NCBI GenBank assembly: GCA_976226885.1
Contig: OZ320317.1
Span: forward strand, 79,670,001-79,734,000
Length of the DNA: 64,000 nt
Origin: Iphione sp. A-MEVVRFRX5
Lineage: Eukaryota
Reading direction: 5' to 3'
Both the position numbers and the translations under genes were made by a program. The notes below the pieces were generated by a model that was not told where the DNA came from, did no database searches, and saw only the letters and a list, made by a program, of their open reading frames with translations. This document shows positions 1-12,700 of this stretch, one piece after another; within the stretch, counting starts at the first letter, position 1, and each line of letters opens with the position of its first letter.

Positions 1-1185
1 ATTTATAACCATGTTTGCCTACCAGATCGGATGGTCGAGCCCAACATCGACCAGCTTATATATATACCATATACATATTTATACCGTTATAGAAGAGTAT
101 ACTGTTACTAACATGAGTGTTCTTGATTTGAATGTGAATGCCTTTCATTTCCTCTGTAGTACAATATACTGTTATACTCTATTTATTGTTGCTCTTTACT
201 GAGCAGAAACCCTAAATATCAATCAAAATTTGAATGAAATCATTATTTACCATTGCCTCCCGTTCTTCTGGTAGGCAGTGTTGACCTACAAGCATGGACC
301 GGACAGGCCCTATTGCATACGGATGTGACCCTGCATCATTTGTATGGCTGGTATAGCTATTGTGGAGAAAAGGGGAAGACAAATGATGAAAGCCCTAGCT
401 GCCCTCAGAATGATCACTTGAGGAGTTGTAAACGGCTATAGTAGTACGTTTATGTATCACTGTAAATGATCATGAACTTATGTCTTGATGCCAGTGAAGG
501 TCACTTGTATTATCAAAAACTACTTATACATAATGAGAAGATTATGTTCAGACGCATCATGGACACATGACAATGACAATGTATTTAGCATCATTTTGCT
601 CGTTATACCTAAATCATATCACAGAACAAGATACATGTAATCTGATCTGGGTTTTTTAGTTCGCGCGATCGTGCTAAACTTGCCTCACACACAACAAGGT
701 AATATGAAGTGGTAAGTGACCTGCGTCATACGGACCATTTTGAGAGTTCTGCCCATCCTTGCTTTTGCTGCAGGATCGTGACTGCCGTTAACCTAAAATC
801 CCGTGGGATGATTCCAAACAAACGATGTCTGTTTACATCGATGTCCGTGCGAGTATGTTTCGAGTGGAGCCGGACTCTTGTTGGTATTTTACAGAAGGAC
901 GGCCTATATATTCGCAGGTGCCAGGGGATCAAGCCGCCTAACATTTATTCAGCTGGCGGCGGCCACGAGGCAGATGTCGCCCGTCACCACTGGTCGGTGG
1001 TGGTGGGCCCCGATAAGAGCCAGGTGGTGGTGGGGCTGTCCACGACTTGCTCGGCCGGACCGCGATGTGGCCCATAAGCAGAAACATGATTTGCGGATGT
1101 CCTACAGTCACTGCCTATCTATCCCCATTCTTTCCCGTTCTTCTCTTTACACAACCTAACCCCTCACTCCCTCCTCTTTCCTCTT

Positions 1186-1187
<2 letters not shown>

Positions 1188-1239
<52 letters not shown>
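1188..1239. repeat. (TC)n microsatellite
   Basis: Uninterrupted TC dinucleotide run. Confidence 0.97.
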
Positions 1240-1242
<3 letters not shown>

Positions 1243-2814
1243 CCTGGTTTGTATCTCCTTTCTTGTTCCTGCCGTCAGTCTTTAAGACAATTTGTCTCTC
1301 TTGCTCGCCCTCAGGTTGTACACCATGCTGCTGCTGGAGCGAGTGATACATTACCCCTCACCTTGCATCATTTTGCTGAGTAGATAAGGCCAACCGACGG
1401 TGATTCCCCCGTACCTCACCCCATCCAGAGTCCCCCGCGGCCGCCCGTCGTCGTCCTTGCTACAAAATCGCATTACAGCCAAACAAATGATGGATGCTAG
1501 CCATAATAAGTACTGTCAGATTGCCTCCAAGGAGCTTCCCTTGTAGCCATAGTTGCATAACACGCGCTGGCAGCGGTCACAATATTATTGGCCTCCGGTG
1601 CTATCATTGCCAATGTAACGGCTCTCCCAGCACGTAGTCAGCGCTCCTTGTTCGCTCAATCGAATTAGCAGCGGTTTGAGAAGGCTATCAGGACTAGATG
1701 ATAGCTCTCGGCTGGACTCCCCAAACGGACCCAGGAGAGATACTGGGCTACCGTGTGATGACTGTGGTGATTTTGCTTGTCTGCCCAGTCTGGCTGAGTC
1801 ACTGATGGAATGCTCCGAAGACCTCACAGGAGCTGCTCAGACGACCCAGACCACTGGCTCGCCCTGTCAATAGATTGTTCCATCATTATATATAATAGCT
1901 CTACAGTGTGTATATGTGACAGAATGTATTTCTTCGTGTTTTTCCCGCTGCAAGCATTCATTTTATTCATGTCTAAGTAGCTTTATCTACACAGTTGTAT
2001 TAATGTTACGCAGAGTTTGGTCCAATAGGCTTATTGAATAACGTGCTAGTGAATAACGTTGTGAATATACCAATATCAAATATAGCTATAAGAATAGTAT
2101 GGCCTTACTTATACTGAGCGGAAATGACGCAACAAGAAAGTGTGTACATGCATGTACAGTTATTCTTTTAAAGAAATTAATAAAACTGCAAATGCATGCA
2201 TATATGAAGGACCTTAGAACGTTTCTACAAAAAAATCTGATGTATGAATTGTACGCCCCGCTTCGACAGGATGGTGGAACGATCCAAATTTGGATCCGTT
2301 CTAAGTTTGGCAAAATTGTGTTTAATATACTTCATTTCGTTTCTTGAATTTCAAGGTCCAATAGGTAGGCAGACTTTTCCACCTTGATGAGGACTTCAGG
2401 GCTTAATCGGCAGCTGGAAATAATTAATGAAGACGCGAGACGGCTAGATCGAAGAATTGTCATTACACTAATTAAATCTAAGCGCCCATTAGGCCTGGTT
2501 GCCCTCAAGTGGTATTTGCGACTAACGTAAACAGCAGAATTTTCCTCATCCAGCCGGTGATCCAATCAAATGCTCCGTTACTGGGCAGTGCTGGTCATTC
2601 ATTGGTTTCTGCGTGATAGGACGTCTGCAGGTACGTGTCTGGCTCGCCTTGAATTATGCAGGCGTAATTTGAACTACGAGAGAAGGAGACCGTATGATTA
2701 TGGGTGGGGGCCAGCCGACACCTGGCAATGATCGTCTTCAACAAATCAGCGAGGATTTCTGAATACCACGCCCGAGGCTACCTCAACCGGTCATCTGAAT
2801 GCTGCCCATTTCAC

Positions 2815-3045
2815 CGCCTCCTTTCTCCAGATCCTCTTCTCCTTCCACGTCCTCCTTCTCCTCGTCCTCGTACTCCTCCCCCTTCCCATCTTCCTTTCTT
2901 TTCTCCTTCCTCCTCCTCCTACTTGTCCTCCGTCTTCCTCCTCCTCCGCCGCCGCCTCCTCCTTATTCTGTGCCTTTCTCTTCTTTCTCCCCCTACTCCT
3001 TCTCCTCCTTCGCCACCAGCACCACCTCCTCCCTTTTCTTCTTGA
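2815..3045. repeat. Pyrimidine-rich low-complexity tract (CCT/TCT-based)
   Basis: Almost purely C/T with CCT and CCG triplets. It explains the S/P/F/L-rich ORFs 2704-3045 and 2799-3335. Confidence 0.9.
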
Positions 3046-4130
3046 AGAAGCCAGGTCCTGTTGAGGTTCAGTGCTGTTCTATTTTCAAATCACTGATCAG
3101 CGGCGCATACCTAAAGGCATCTAGGCCAATATCATGTGTCACGGCTGGCGGTGAAATATTTATCAGGCGTGTAAAATTGGATGCGTGGGCCAGCCACAGA
3201 CGATGGCCTGTCCGCATGCAACGGGAAAAAGTCTTCGGCGTAGTTTTAAATTGTTATGACGCGACGCACGGCCGGAAGGAAATTCGGATGGCGAATGTGG
3301 GCGACGACCCGCTGTGCCAATTACGATGGAAATAGGGTTATCGGCTTCAAAGCTGGGGCCATACAGCAGACGCTGGGTAGGGAACGCCATCGTCAAAGTG
3401 AGCATATCGTGTGGACAGTACCGGCGCAAACCAATTATCACCACAGTGTAGCGTGCACGCTCGTCGAACGCTATTGCAGGTGTGACATCAAAGTTCAGGG
3501 GAGACGTACTGTTATAATAATTAGATATGAGGCAAAGTATGAGGTGTGATATTGCTAATAAATCAGGCAGGGTAGAATTCCAGCCACGTGTGCCTTGGCA
3601 AGCATCGCCGGGCTCTAGGACTAGGCTAGGCCATGTAGGTATGTATCGACCAGGTGTTGCGAATGCTCTGTGCCCGCTGTCTCTGTGGAATTTCCTTTAA
3701 GACCAGGGTCACGGCACGGGGTGGAGAGGAACAAAGCGGCGTCCTTTCCTACCAACAAAGGACCGAGATTGCAGGGCGGCGGTCGCGGCGGTCGTGTGGG
3801 CGGTGTGTGTGTTGGATGGGAGCGAGCCCTCATATTTAACTGCCACAATATTGATGAGTTGGCCGAGCGATCGGTGTTAATTGACGCCATGTCAATCCTT
3901 CACGGTCGACTGCACCCTCCCGCGTAGGCGTGGCACCGTAGCCCGCAGCTCATGCATGCATTAGTGACTGGCGTCCGACGGTAGCGCCACCTTCCCCTCT
4001 CCCCCCCGCCCCCTCCATCCTCCATCACCTCTCGAATCATGCATTTTACATCGGCCTTGCCACCATCTTCCGATTCTTCTCCAGCAAAAACGTATAAATC
4101 ACTCCTTGGACGTCGGCGTGGACCTCACAA

Positions 4131-4220
4131 GCCGCCTGGTCGAGATGGAAGTCAGTAGGTGAGCAGGACCAGGTGATGAGCAGCTCCTGGGATTCAATCT
4201 GCTCACTCTAACCCCTTTTT
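4131..4220 (+). ncRNA. Possible short Pol III-like or SINE-derived hairpin RNA
   Basis: A-box-like TGGTCGAGATGG (4137) and degenerate B-box-like GGGATTCAATC (~4189). Stem GTGAGCAG/CTGCTCAC with inner CCAGG/CCTGG, ending CCCCTTTTT. Not recognised as a known family. Confidence 0.15.
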
Positions 4221-5336
4221 AGACGGAAGCGGGTCAGATCGCACTCAGCTTAGGCTGAAGTCTAATTAGGACACCAATTGCATGCGGCCGAATCGCAATT
4301 GCGTGGCGCGTGTTGTCGCTGGGATCCGCTGCCTCCGCCCTTGTTGCTGAATGAGGCCGACGCATGCCACGACTACACAACACGCCACACGGCTGGCAAG
4401 AAATGAGGACGTCATGCTCGGCGAACCCGATGGACAGGGCGCGTGTATGGAGGAAGGGTCGGGGGACACGGATACAAAGGGCACGGAGGACGAACGGCTT
4501 GGCGTACGAAGGGCTTAGGCTGGAAGCCACATACCCGAAGCCAGTGTTCTGAGCGTATGGACTCGATGCCATGTCTATACCATGCAACCCACGTCGAGTG
4601 GACCCGTACGACAACAACCTTGTCTTTATCATCAGAGAAAATGTACGGCTATACCCCAGAAAGCAACAGTTTGTTTCTAAAGCTCCTGGTGATAATTACT
4701 GCAATGCGTTTTTTTAGAAAGGACTTGTCGCTCACACCTTCATCGTTTCTTGCCATAAATCTCATCTATCATACGTTTATTTACTTTCAGACCGACTAAT
4801 TACCTTTGCATGCGATTTAATCTTCGCTAATGAGAAACAAACCATGATGTGTTGGTAGAACGAATATTTGCTGCAAAATGTTTTTTTTTATCATTTACAC
4901 ATGTTTTGGACGGAAGAATATATCCTTTTCCCATTAAACCGCTTCTTGTTTCCACGAAATCACAATCCGATTAGTTTGGGGGATTTTGGTCAGCGCGACG
5001 GTAGTTGGTGGCGGTAGCACTGTCGGTGCCGGCGTCTTACCATACCTACCCCTCCCACGTCTGTCCCCCTCACTACAGCTGCCCCCTCCCCCTCTCCCTC
5101 ATCCCCCGCACTGTAAGCTGCGCGGGTGTGGACGCCGGTGCGTTGTCTCAAACAGGTGGCACGCCGCGGATTGGCGCCCCCGATAGGTCGCCGCAAATGA
5201 CTCCCGGTGCTGGCACAACTGTACATAATGCAAGTAAAGAGGGCGAATGGGTCGCTCAGCCGTCGCCGCTGCCACTATCGCAAATACTGCCGTTCACATC
5301 ATCCTAACGATCGGTTGGTACACTTGGAATATTGCA

Positions 5337-5510
5337 NNNNNNNNNNNNNNNNNNNNNNNNNNNNNNNNNNNNNNNNNNNNNNNNNNNNNNNNNNNNNNNN
5401 NNNNNNNNNNNNNNNNNNNNNNNNNNNNNNNNNNNNNNNNNNNNNNNNNNNNNNNNNNNNNNNNNNNNNNNNNNNNNNNNNNNNNNNNNNNNNNNNNNNN
5501 NNNNNNNNNN
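5337..5510. other. Assembly gap (174 N)
   Basis: Run of n characters. Confidence 1.
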
Positions 5511-6075
5511 GGTAGCCCGAGTGATCCTGCTGGCTAGGAGGGATGGGGAGCATAATGTACATTGGTCCACTGCAGTTGAACTCCGATGTTTTCTTTCATT
5601 TTCATCTGTTTACTATTAATTGCGAAGAGCGGCGGGGCGATGCTAATGGATATGAGTGTATCCACGATACTAAGGGTCTTTTGCCGATGGGTCAAATAAG
5701 CAGGAGGAGCCAAGTAAAAGTATACGGGTGAAAGACTGTAATGGTGGAGGGTGGTGGAAAGGAGAGGGAGGAAGAGGAGGAGAAGGGTATGGGTGTAGGT
5801 TTGGTAGACTGAGTGATCGTGGTGTAAAAGGGCAATGAAGGATGGGGGGGCATAATCTACATTGGTCCAATGCAGTTGAACTCCAATGTTTTCTTTCATA
5901 TTCGTTGGTATATTATCATTCGGGAATGTTGGCAGGGTGATGCTAATGGAAATGAGTCTGGCCACAATACTGAGGATCTTTCGCTGATGGTTCAAGTAAG
6001 CAGTAGGAACTGAGTACAAGTATACGGGTGAATGACTGTGCTGGTGGTGGAGGGTGGTGGAAAAGGAGGGGGAGA
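5511..6075. repeat. Diverged tandem duplication, exact 300-bp period, two visible units
   Basis: Shared words recur exactly 300 bp apart: ATTGGTCCA 5561/5861, TGCTAATGGA 5641/5941, TATACGGGTG 5721/6021. The aligned core has substitutions but no indels. Confidence 0.9.
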
Positions 6076-9000
6076 GGGAGCACTGTCGGAGATCGCTGGG
6101 TGTTGGTGAGGATAATCCCCTGCCTGTGTTTGTGTCAGCCGCCCGGGGGCTTGGCTGCTCCAGGTGTTCACAGGTCTCACTCCCCCACCTGCTCCCCGCC
6201 TTTGATGTACTGATCGATCGGTATAGGCGGAGAGGGGAGAGAATATCCTGTGGTTGACAGGTACACTCTCATCGAGTGGTCTTGACTTTCAAGTGGCCTA
6301 TCCACCATTTCACATCAACTGAAACTGAGCAGAACATCCGCTCGACCTTTCTGCATGTGTTCTTTAAGAACTTTGCTTGATAAAAATGAACGCATCCTCT
6401 GCATATTTTGAAATAACCAGTTAAACTTTGTCCATTCGTTGTGAAAATAGAGGTCATTTGCAGTATTCTGTAAATGCAGTGCTCACTGGAACAAAACCTG
6501 ATGGTTTAGTTTTTCGTGTTTTTTTTTAATCTTTCATCGATAATTACAATTATAATTACACTAGATTACTGGATTACAGGGTAGTAGCATCACCAAAATG
6601 AAATGTTTTTGCGTGTATCAGGTATCTGTTTGTACAGCTAATTATTCAAAGGGAGTAGCCGTAAAACGTACAACGTATAGAGTATAACGAGTCCCTATTG
6701 AGAACTTCTTCACTAGAAGGAAACGTTATGTGGTGCCTTAGAACGACATCTTTTTTACAACCAGTGTCACTCAGGTATGGACCGGAAGTAGAAAACGTTT
6801 CCCCTTGTGCGACCATGTTGTACTTCCCGTGAAGTATTTGTTAGTTGACTAGTCTGAAAATAGTAGGACCTGACTTTATTTGAGCTCTATTCCGCCTCTC
6901 AACAATGTTGATATTTCACGACGTGGAGGAGACCGTCAGTGCTCACCAGGGCCCCCGATGGGGAGGGACACTCACCCCCGTCTCACCTGTCTCCTCCCCT
7001 GGACAGGTAGGCCGGCACACCGTTAAGGCCTTGTTCACACAAGAGGTTGCTTGCGATCAATGGGCAAAACTAGGGGACTTCAGGTGCATGCAAGCTGCAG
7101 CCTTCGTCAAGCCTTCGCTGACACCCACGTAACCTGCACCATCAGCCTGCCCCCCCCCCACCCCCACCTCTCCTCTTACACCGATCTGCACTCAAACCCT
7201 TGTACTTGGCTCGTACCAAGTAAACTGGATGTTTACTTCGACAAAGACGTTTTTGATCTAACTAATCCTGTTCTTCTCGAATATCAGACCACATCAAGAA
7301 TAATAGCGCTGAGGAATCAATAGATTTTAGAAAAACTATGGAGTGGAACAATGTGATACTGTTTGCATTGAGTTCTGCTTTTTAACGATTGAAGTTTTTT
7401 TGTTATCATGTGTACATTGCTACTGCTTTATGGATTCTAATACGTTTATTTTTTGAATATCTAATGGAATTAGGAAACGTTTTCGTTTGCTAAGTAAAGC
7501 GACTTCATTTTTTGGCCTCCTTCAGTGGTACAAGCAAGTACTATAGCTGTCGTTGCTGTTTTTTTCATGTACATGTAATTATATGCTATCATAAGTAGCC
7601 CCAGTGAGGAGTGAGTATCATAATAATAGACGAAAACAGCTAAAGTAACAGTATTATGATGAAAACCGAAGGGCAATTCAACAAAGTAAAATACTCCGTC
7701 ACCAAATTAATCCCTCGTTCACTTGCAAACGACTGGACACGTTATGCAATCATGCCATGGAATGTCCTCGTGTCATGAACGATATTTCATCAGACAGTGA
7801 CAATCATATCACCTGATGTAGCAATTACTTGTCGGGAATTACACACGCAAGGAGGCTAAATGCATCGCGGCCGGCACATCCTTGCTGTTGAGATGAAGTG
7901 GTAGTGGAATTGTGTATGACAGCCGGACGCAACGACCTTTATTCAGGTTCAGTCTTGAACCGGTAGGATTAACGCACTTTACATATATGCGCCGCCCGTA
8001 GTGGCCTGTGAAGCGATGAACTGGAGTTTGTCCATAATTAATCAGGATCAGTGAGCCTTGGCTTTGATCCGCCGGGGCTGCTAGCACTGTTAAAAGATTG
8101 GCGCTCTATGCCGCGTCCGCACACCATCAGCAATACGCCTGGTAGGCGTCCTGATGAATCGTGTGACACGGTCACAAACTCCTCTGGGTCTCTCACTCCC
8201 AGGCGGACGCTGACATACAGCCCCCATCCCCACACCCACCTGCCTGGCGGTGCTGGGTACCTCTGTGCTGGGACAACTCTTGCTCCATTGGAAAACAACA
8301 TGGACCCATGTGGGGGCCTCGTCGATTGAGGCCCTGGAGGCCGTTCTTGTCTGGGTCCGACCAACAGACTTCCGTGACATGCAGGGGTCAACCCATCCAA
8401 CCACGCACCCGCCCACCCACCCACCACCCACCCCCATCCCCACCCGAGGCTCTCTTCCTCTGCAAGAATTGTCACATTGTGTAAGCTGCTGTGAAACATG
8501 TTATTAGACCATGTCACATGTTCCGGCGTAGGACCCGATTAATGGGAGGCCACGTCCCCCGCTTTGTCGTCGGGCATTTTCCACCCACGCCGCTCCTAAT
8601 CCAACCGTTCTAACCATAAAAGACCTACAACTACCCTATCATACATATATGTTTATCATACACACAAGAAACCTTTTACTTGCTCGAAAGCATCCACTTA
8701 CATGGTCTTTGTCGTTTCCTGTAACAACGTATTTGTGGCTCTGAAGCAAACCAGGCGTTAATGCGAGAAACCTATTATTACGTCATGCGAACAACAAGAC
8801 TCATCAATCATTTATTGAGCATTTATTTTCAGTTCTCTTAAGGTAAATGAATGTTTGTCGAGTTCGTACTGGGCTCTGAGCCTCTGTGGTGGCCATGTTA
8901 TGTACCATGAGCTATTAATGGCTGTCCTCGTAGACATGCCATGGCCGGCAGCGGTGTGGTCTTGACACCACTGCTCGACACACGCTCCAGGGCCCGGGTA

Positions 9001-9739
9001 ACGTTGCGTATGCTTATTTAGGGCTCAGTCTGGCCTACGCACCTACGCACGCGACTTTTACGCACGGACTCATCTGTGTCACACTTACATTGACCCTGAG
9101 GGGCTCTCGCTTTGTTTACCACACACAAATAATGCAAGGCGCCTCCTCTCAACTGCGACTGGAGTCGTCATCGATTCTAGCCCCCTACCCCCCCCCCCCG
9201 GTGCTGCCTGGCCGCCCGGGCTGAGTGCTCGAACCATATACCCCCCTAGGGAGGAGCCCCTCGGGCACGGCGTTGGTGAGCATGCAAGGCCGAGCAGCTC
9301 GCGCTGATGAACTCCTCATAACGCACACCTCCAGGACTCCATCTGCCAGCACCTCCCTGATGTAAACCCCCAACCCGATCCTCCTTCTCTGCCTTTTCTC
9401 GTTTTGCGCTGCTTTCTCTGTCTGGGCTTCTTCCATGTTGCTCGGCGCGCACACCGATCCGACAGTTCATTCGAGGTCAAGTCTAGAGTCCTCTTCTTCC
9501 CCGACGAACTGGTGGCCTCTCACCTTTGTCGGCAGCTCAGGTCCTCGGGGCTTCACGTCTTTTCCAGGCCCTCTCCAGGGCGGGGCGACCTCTGTCGAGC
9601 AGTGGCGGAAAGACCAATTGTCCTCCGCGGAATCTGGGCGTCAGCGAGCTAACAGGGGCGAGCAGATAGCCGCGTGAATATTTCAGAGCAGCTCTTGGGG
9701 CTAAATATTTGTGCCGGGCTCCCGGGAGACCTGCCCGCC

Positions 9740-9741
<2 letters not shown>

Positions 9742-9770
<29 letters not shown>
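9742..9770. repeat. (GT)n microsatellite
   Basis: GT run. Confidence 0.97.
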
Positions 9771-9772
<2 letters not shown>

Positions 9773-12700
9773 TGTTGGCGGGGGGGGGTGCTAGTGGGCG
9801 GGTCAGGTGTAGCGGTAGGTGGCTGCAGGGTGCATGGGCTGGAAGGGGGAGGAGGGGGGGCGGCAGTTAGCACTCGAATCGCGGTTATCAGCAGAGCTCT
9901 TTATCCTTAATGCCCACCACCAAGGGGTTTTCTTGTTTACGTGTCCCGGCATATTTACTTCATTGTTTGCGTGCCTACGATGGTTTCTTTTGTGGTTAAT
10001 GGTAAATACTGAGTGAAAAATAAGGCCCGTGTTTTATGAGTCACGTGGGGATGCGTTTATTCCCGTAACGTCCGATTGTATGGAGAAAGATTGGGATCTT
10101 TGCTCTGCCTTTCCGTATACATGTATATATGCACATGTAGTTGCTCAGTAAACGAGACAAAGGTACCTTCATACGCTATTTTTGTAATTATGATATACTG
10201 ATATGCAAGCAGGGAGAGAATTACAATGTCAAGTGTACAGAAAGGCATGCACAGTTCACGTATGTTAAATAGCATAGGGAGTCTAGACTAGAAACCGATT
10301 GAACTATTCATACTTTGTTGATGTACATATAAGATGAATCTAAGATCCGAATGCAATGCTCATATACCGAAACCACTCCTTCATGGCCTTCAATCAGCCA
10401 CGGTCCTTGAAGGTCTCTTGTGGAGGTGGTGGCCGTGGGGGTGAACGCGTCTTGCAAGGAGTAGCCTGAGGCTGCAGTATTTTAAATTTCACATAACGGA
10501 ATGAATCACCACAGAATATTTCAGCTGTTCTCCTTTTCCAAGTTTACCAGATACCTTAACAGCATGCGACAAGTTCCCTCCCTCCATCCCTTCAGCGCAT
10601 TCGACCCGTCACATCGTCACCCCTTTTGGAGGCTACACCAAGGGATTTGCGCCTTAACCCTTAGCCTTCTTCTAGAATGACCAGCAGGTCAAAGCTTCAA
10701 ATGTCCATATAGACTCTTAGAAGCATTACGCCTGATGGAACTGTCACAGTTGAACCATGTAAAAACTCTATTACGGATACATACAAAACTCCTGATCCAG
10801 CATATTGAATATAAGAGAAAACAATTTGGAGAAACATTCACAGGTACAGTGAGAACTCACTATTATAATATCTCACTATTCCAGTACCCTCCCTAATCTA
10901 ATCAAATTTACTTTATACAGAGTTAGACAATTGAATGTACAAACCCTCCACATTCCAATACCCTCACTCTTACAGCAATAATCATTTGTACGAAGCAGTG
11001 CTGCAATAGCGAGGTTTTACTGTATAATGTAATTCATATATTATTGTCAGCAACCTTTACTGAACGTACGGCTTTTGGAGGAAGTTCCAGTGTGGTACTA
11101 CTGCTGTCCAGACACTGCTGTCAGTAAAGTTGTACCCCTCATTCCAGCAAACCTTTAATCAGGACATCGCATATTATGAACAGACTGGAGACAGAACCAA
11201 TCTACATGTACATATTGGTGTTAAAAAGCTCCTGCTATAACGGACGTCTCATTTCATGGACAGTTCATGGCAAGATCCTTTGCTATCTGCATTTCCACAC
11301 TATATAGCTATCATTTTGTTGGCCTTGGGTATGATGCCTGGCTAGTTTTTCAAGCTACACCTGCATCTGTCAAAATTTGTCCGAAGTTATTTGGATGGAG
11401 TTGTGTGTGTGACTTCTGTTTGACATGAACTCTGTTTTCGCTTGCATGCTGAAAAACAAGGTACAGCAACGAAGGAAGAATATTCAAACATGTTCTTCAA
11501 TAGTTGTGCTTATACTTCATCGTACTCTTTATGTCACATTATCTTTCACCCACCATCTTGTAACATCATTCATATACCACATTTCCTCGAATGCGCCGGT
11601 ATATACCAAGTATTGTTCCCAGTAATCACATGTTTCCACATCATGCAACCCACTATCGAAGAGAAGTAGCCACGTTCTCCTTTATATACTTATCACATCA
11701 TGATATACACACAAATCATGTATATATACCATACTATCATGACGTGGCAAAGCTAACGTACACTGATCATGTACTGTCGTCCAACACTGTATGTCTGCTA
11801 TATAATGCTGGGAGAGTTTGTCAGATAGCAAGGGTAAAGGAAACTGTTGCTGAGGGAGGGGCTTCCATCAAAAGGTCTATGAAAGTACAATCGTATTTAT
11901 TCTGAAGGTCTGTGTTGTTTGGGCATTGTATAACGCCGATCCAAAGCAATAATACATGGAAAATATTCTATGTGCAGGGGATATGCTTTAATCAAGACAT
12001 CTCACATTATAGACATCTCTCTGTATGAAAAGCTTTGTTCCGTCACTTTGCTTCACATTTGCCATATCATTTTCTTTGATGATTTTATATAATACATTCA
12101 AATCAGCTTAAACTGAATGCACGGCTGCGTTATGAAAATGAGGCAGTATTTGTGTGATAATTCATTTAGTACCTAGTCACCGTGTTCTGCTTCAGTAGGT
12201 CTTCTAAGCCTTTCACATAGCCGTAATTGATTACGTCTGCCATTACGTCGGTGTTTCCTTCCTTTAGAGGGAGGGGGATAGTTGGAAATGATACTTCAGT
12301 GGCCCCACTCTATTGGAGGTCGCTCAGCAGGCCTGCAATAAACCCAGCTTTAAGCCGTACAATGTGCTCAGGAGGCCGAAATGATCTGCCTTTGTGGCCA
12401 CTGCCGGACGCATGCGCAGCGACGCCAGAGGTCACAGGGCGACCCCCGATGCCATTCTTCCGGAGGCCACAAATCCTTTGATTGTGTGCATCTATCGGAA
12501 ACCTTGGGCCCAGAGACGCATGACCTTCAAGCGGGAAGCTGTGCCTTCGGATGGCCGCGTGGGCTGGCGACTGGGACAGATCCATCCGGACAGGGACAGG
12601 GGTTCCCTCCTGCCCGTGGCTGAAAGCGAAAGGCCTTGTGAGATCAACCAGGCATCATTATATGCAAGGGCACGAGGGAGGGCCTCTGTGCAGTAACCCT

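Noticed and set aside
2704-3335. 113- and 178-aa ORFs
   Set aside because: They arise from the CCT/TCT low-complexity tract, which lacks stop codons. No domain, start context or splice support.
7024-7042. TTAAGGCCTTGTTCACAC, resembling a PIF/Harbinger TIR
   Set aside because: No matching inverted end found, so it is a solo resemblance.
8145-8180. CTGATGA followed by a small stem (hammerhead-like); also CTGATGAG at 48052
   Set aside because: The required GAAA after stem II and the other stems are absent.
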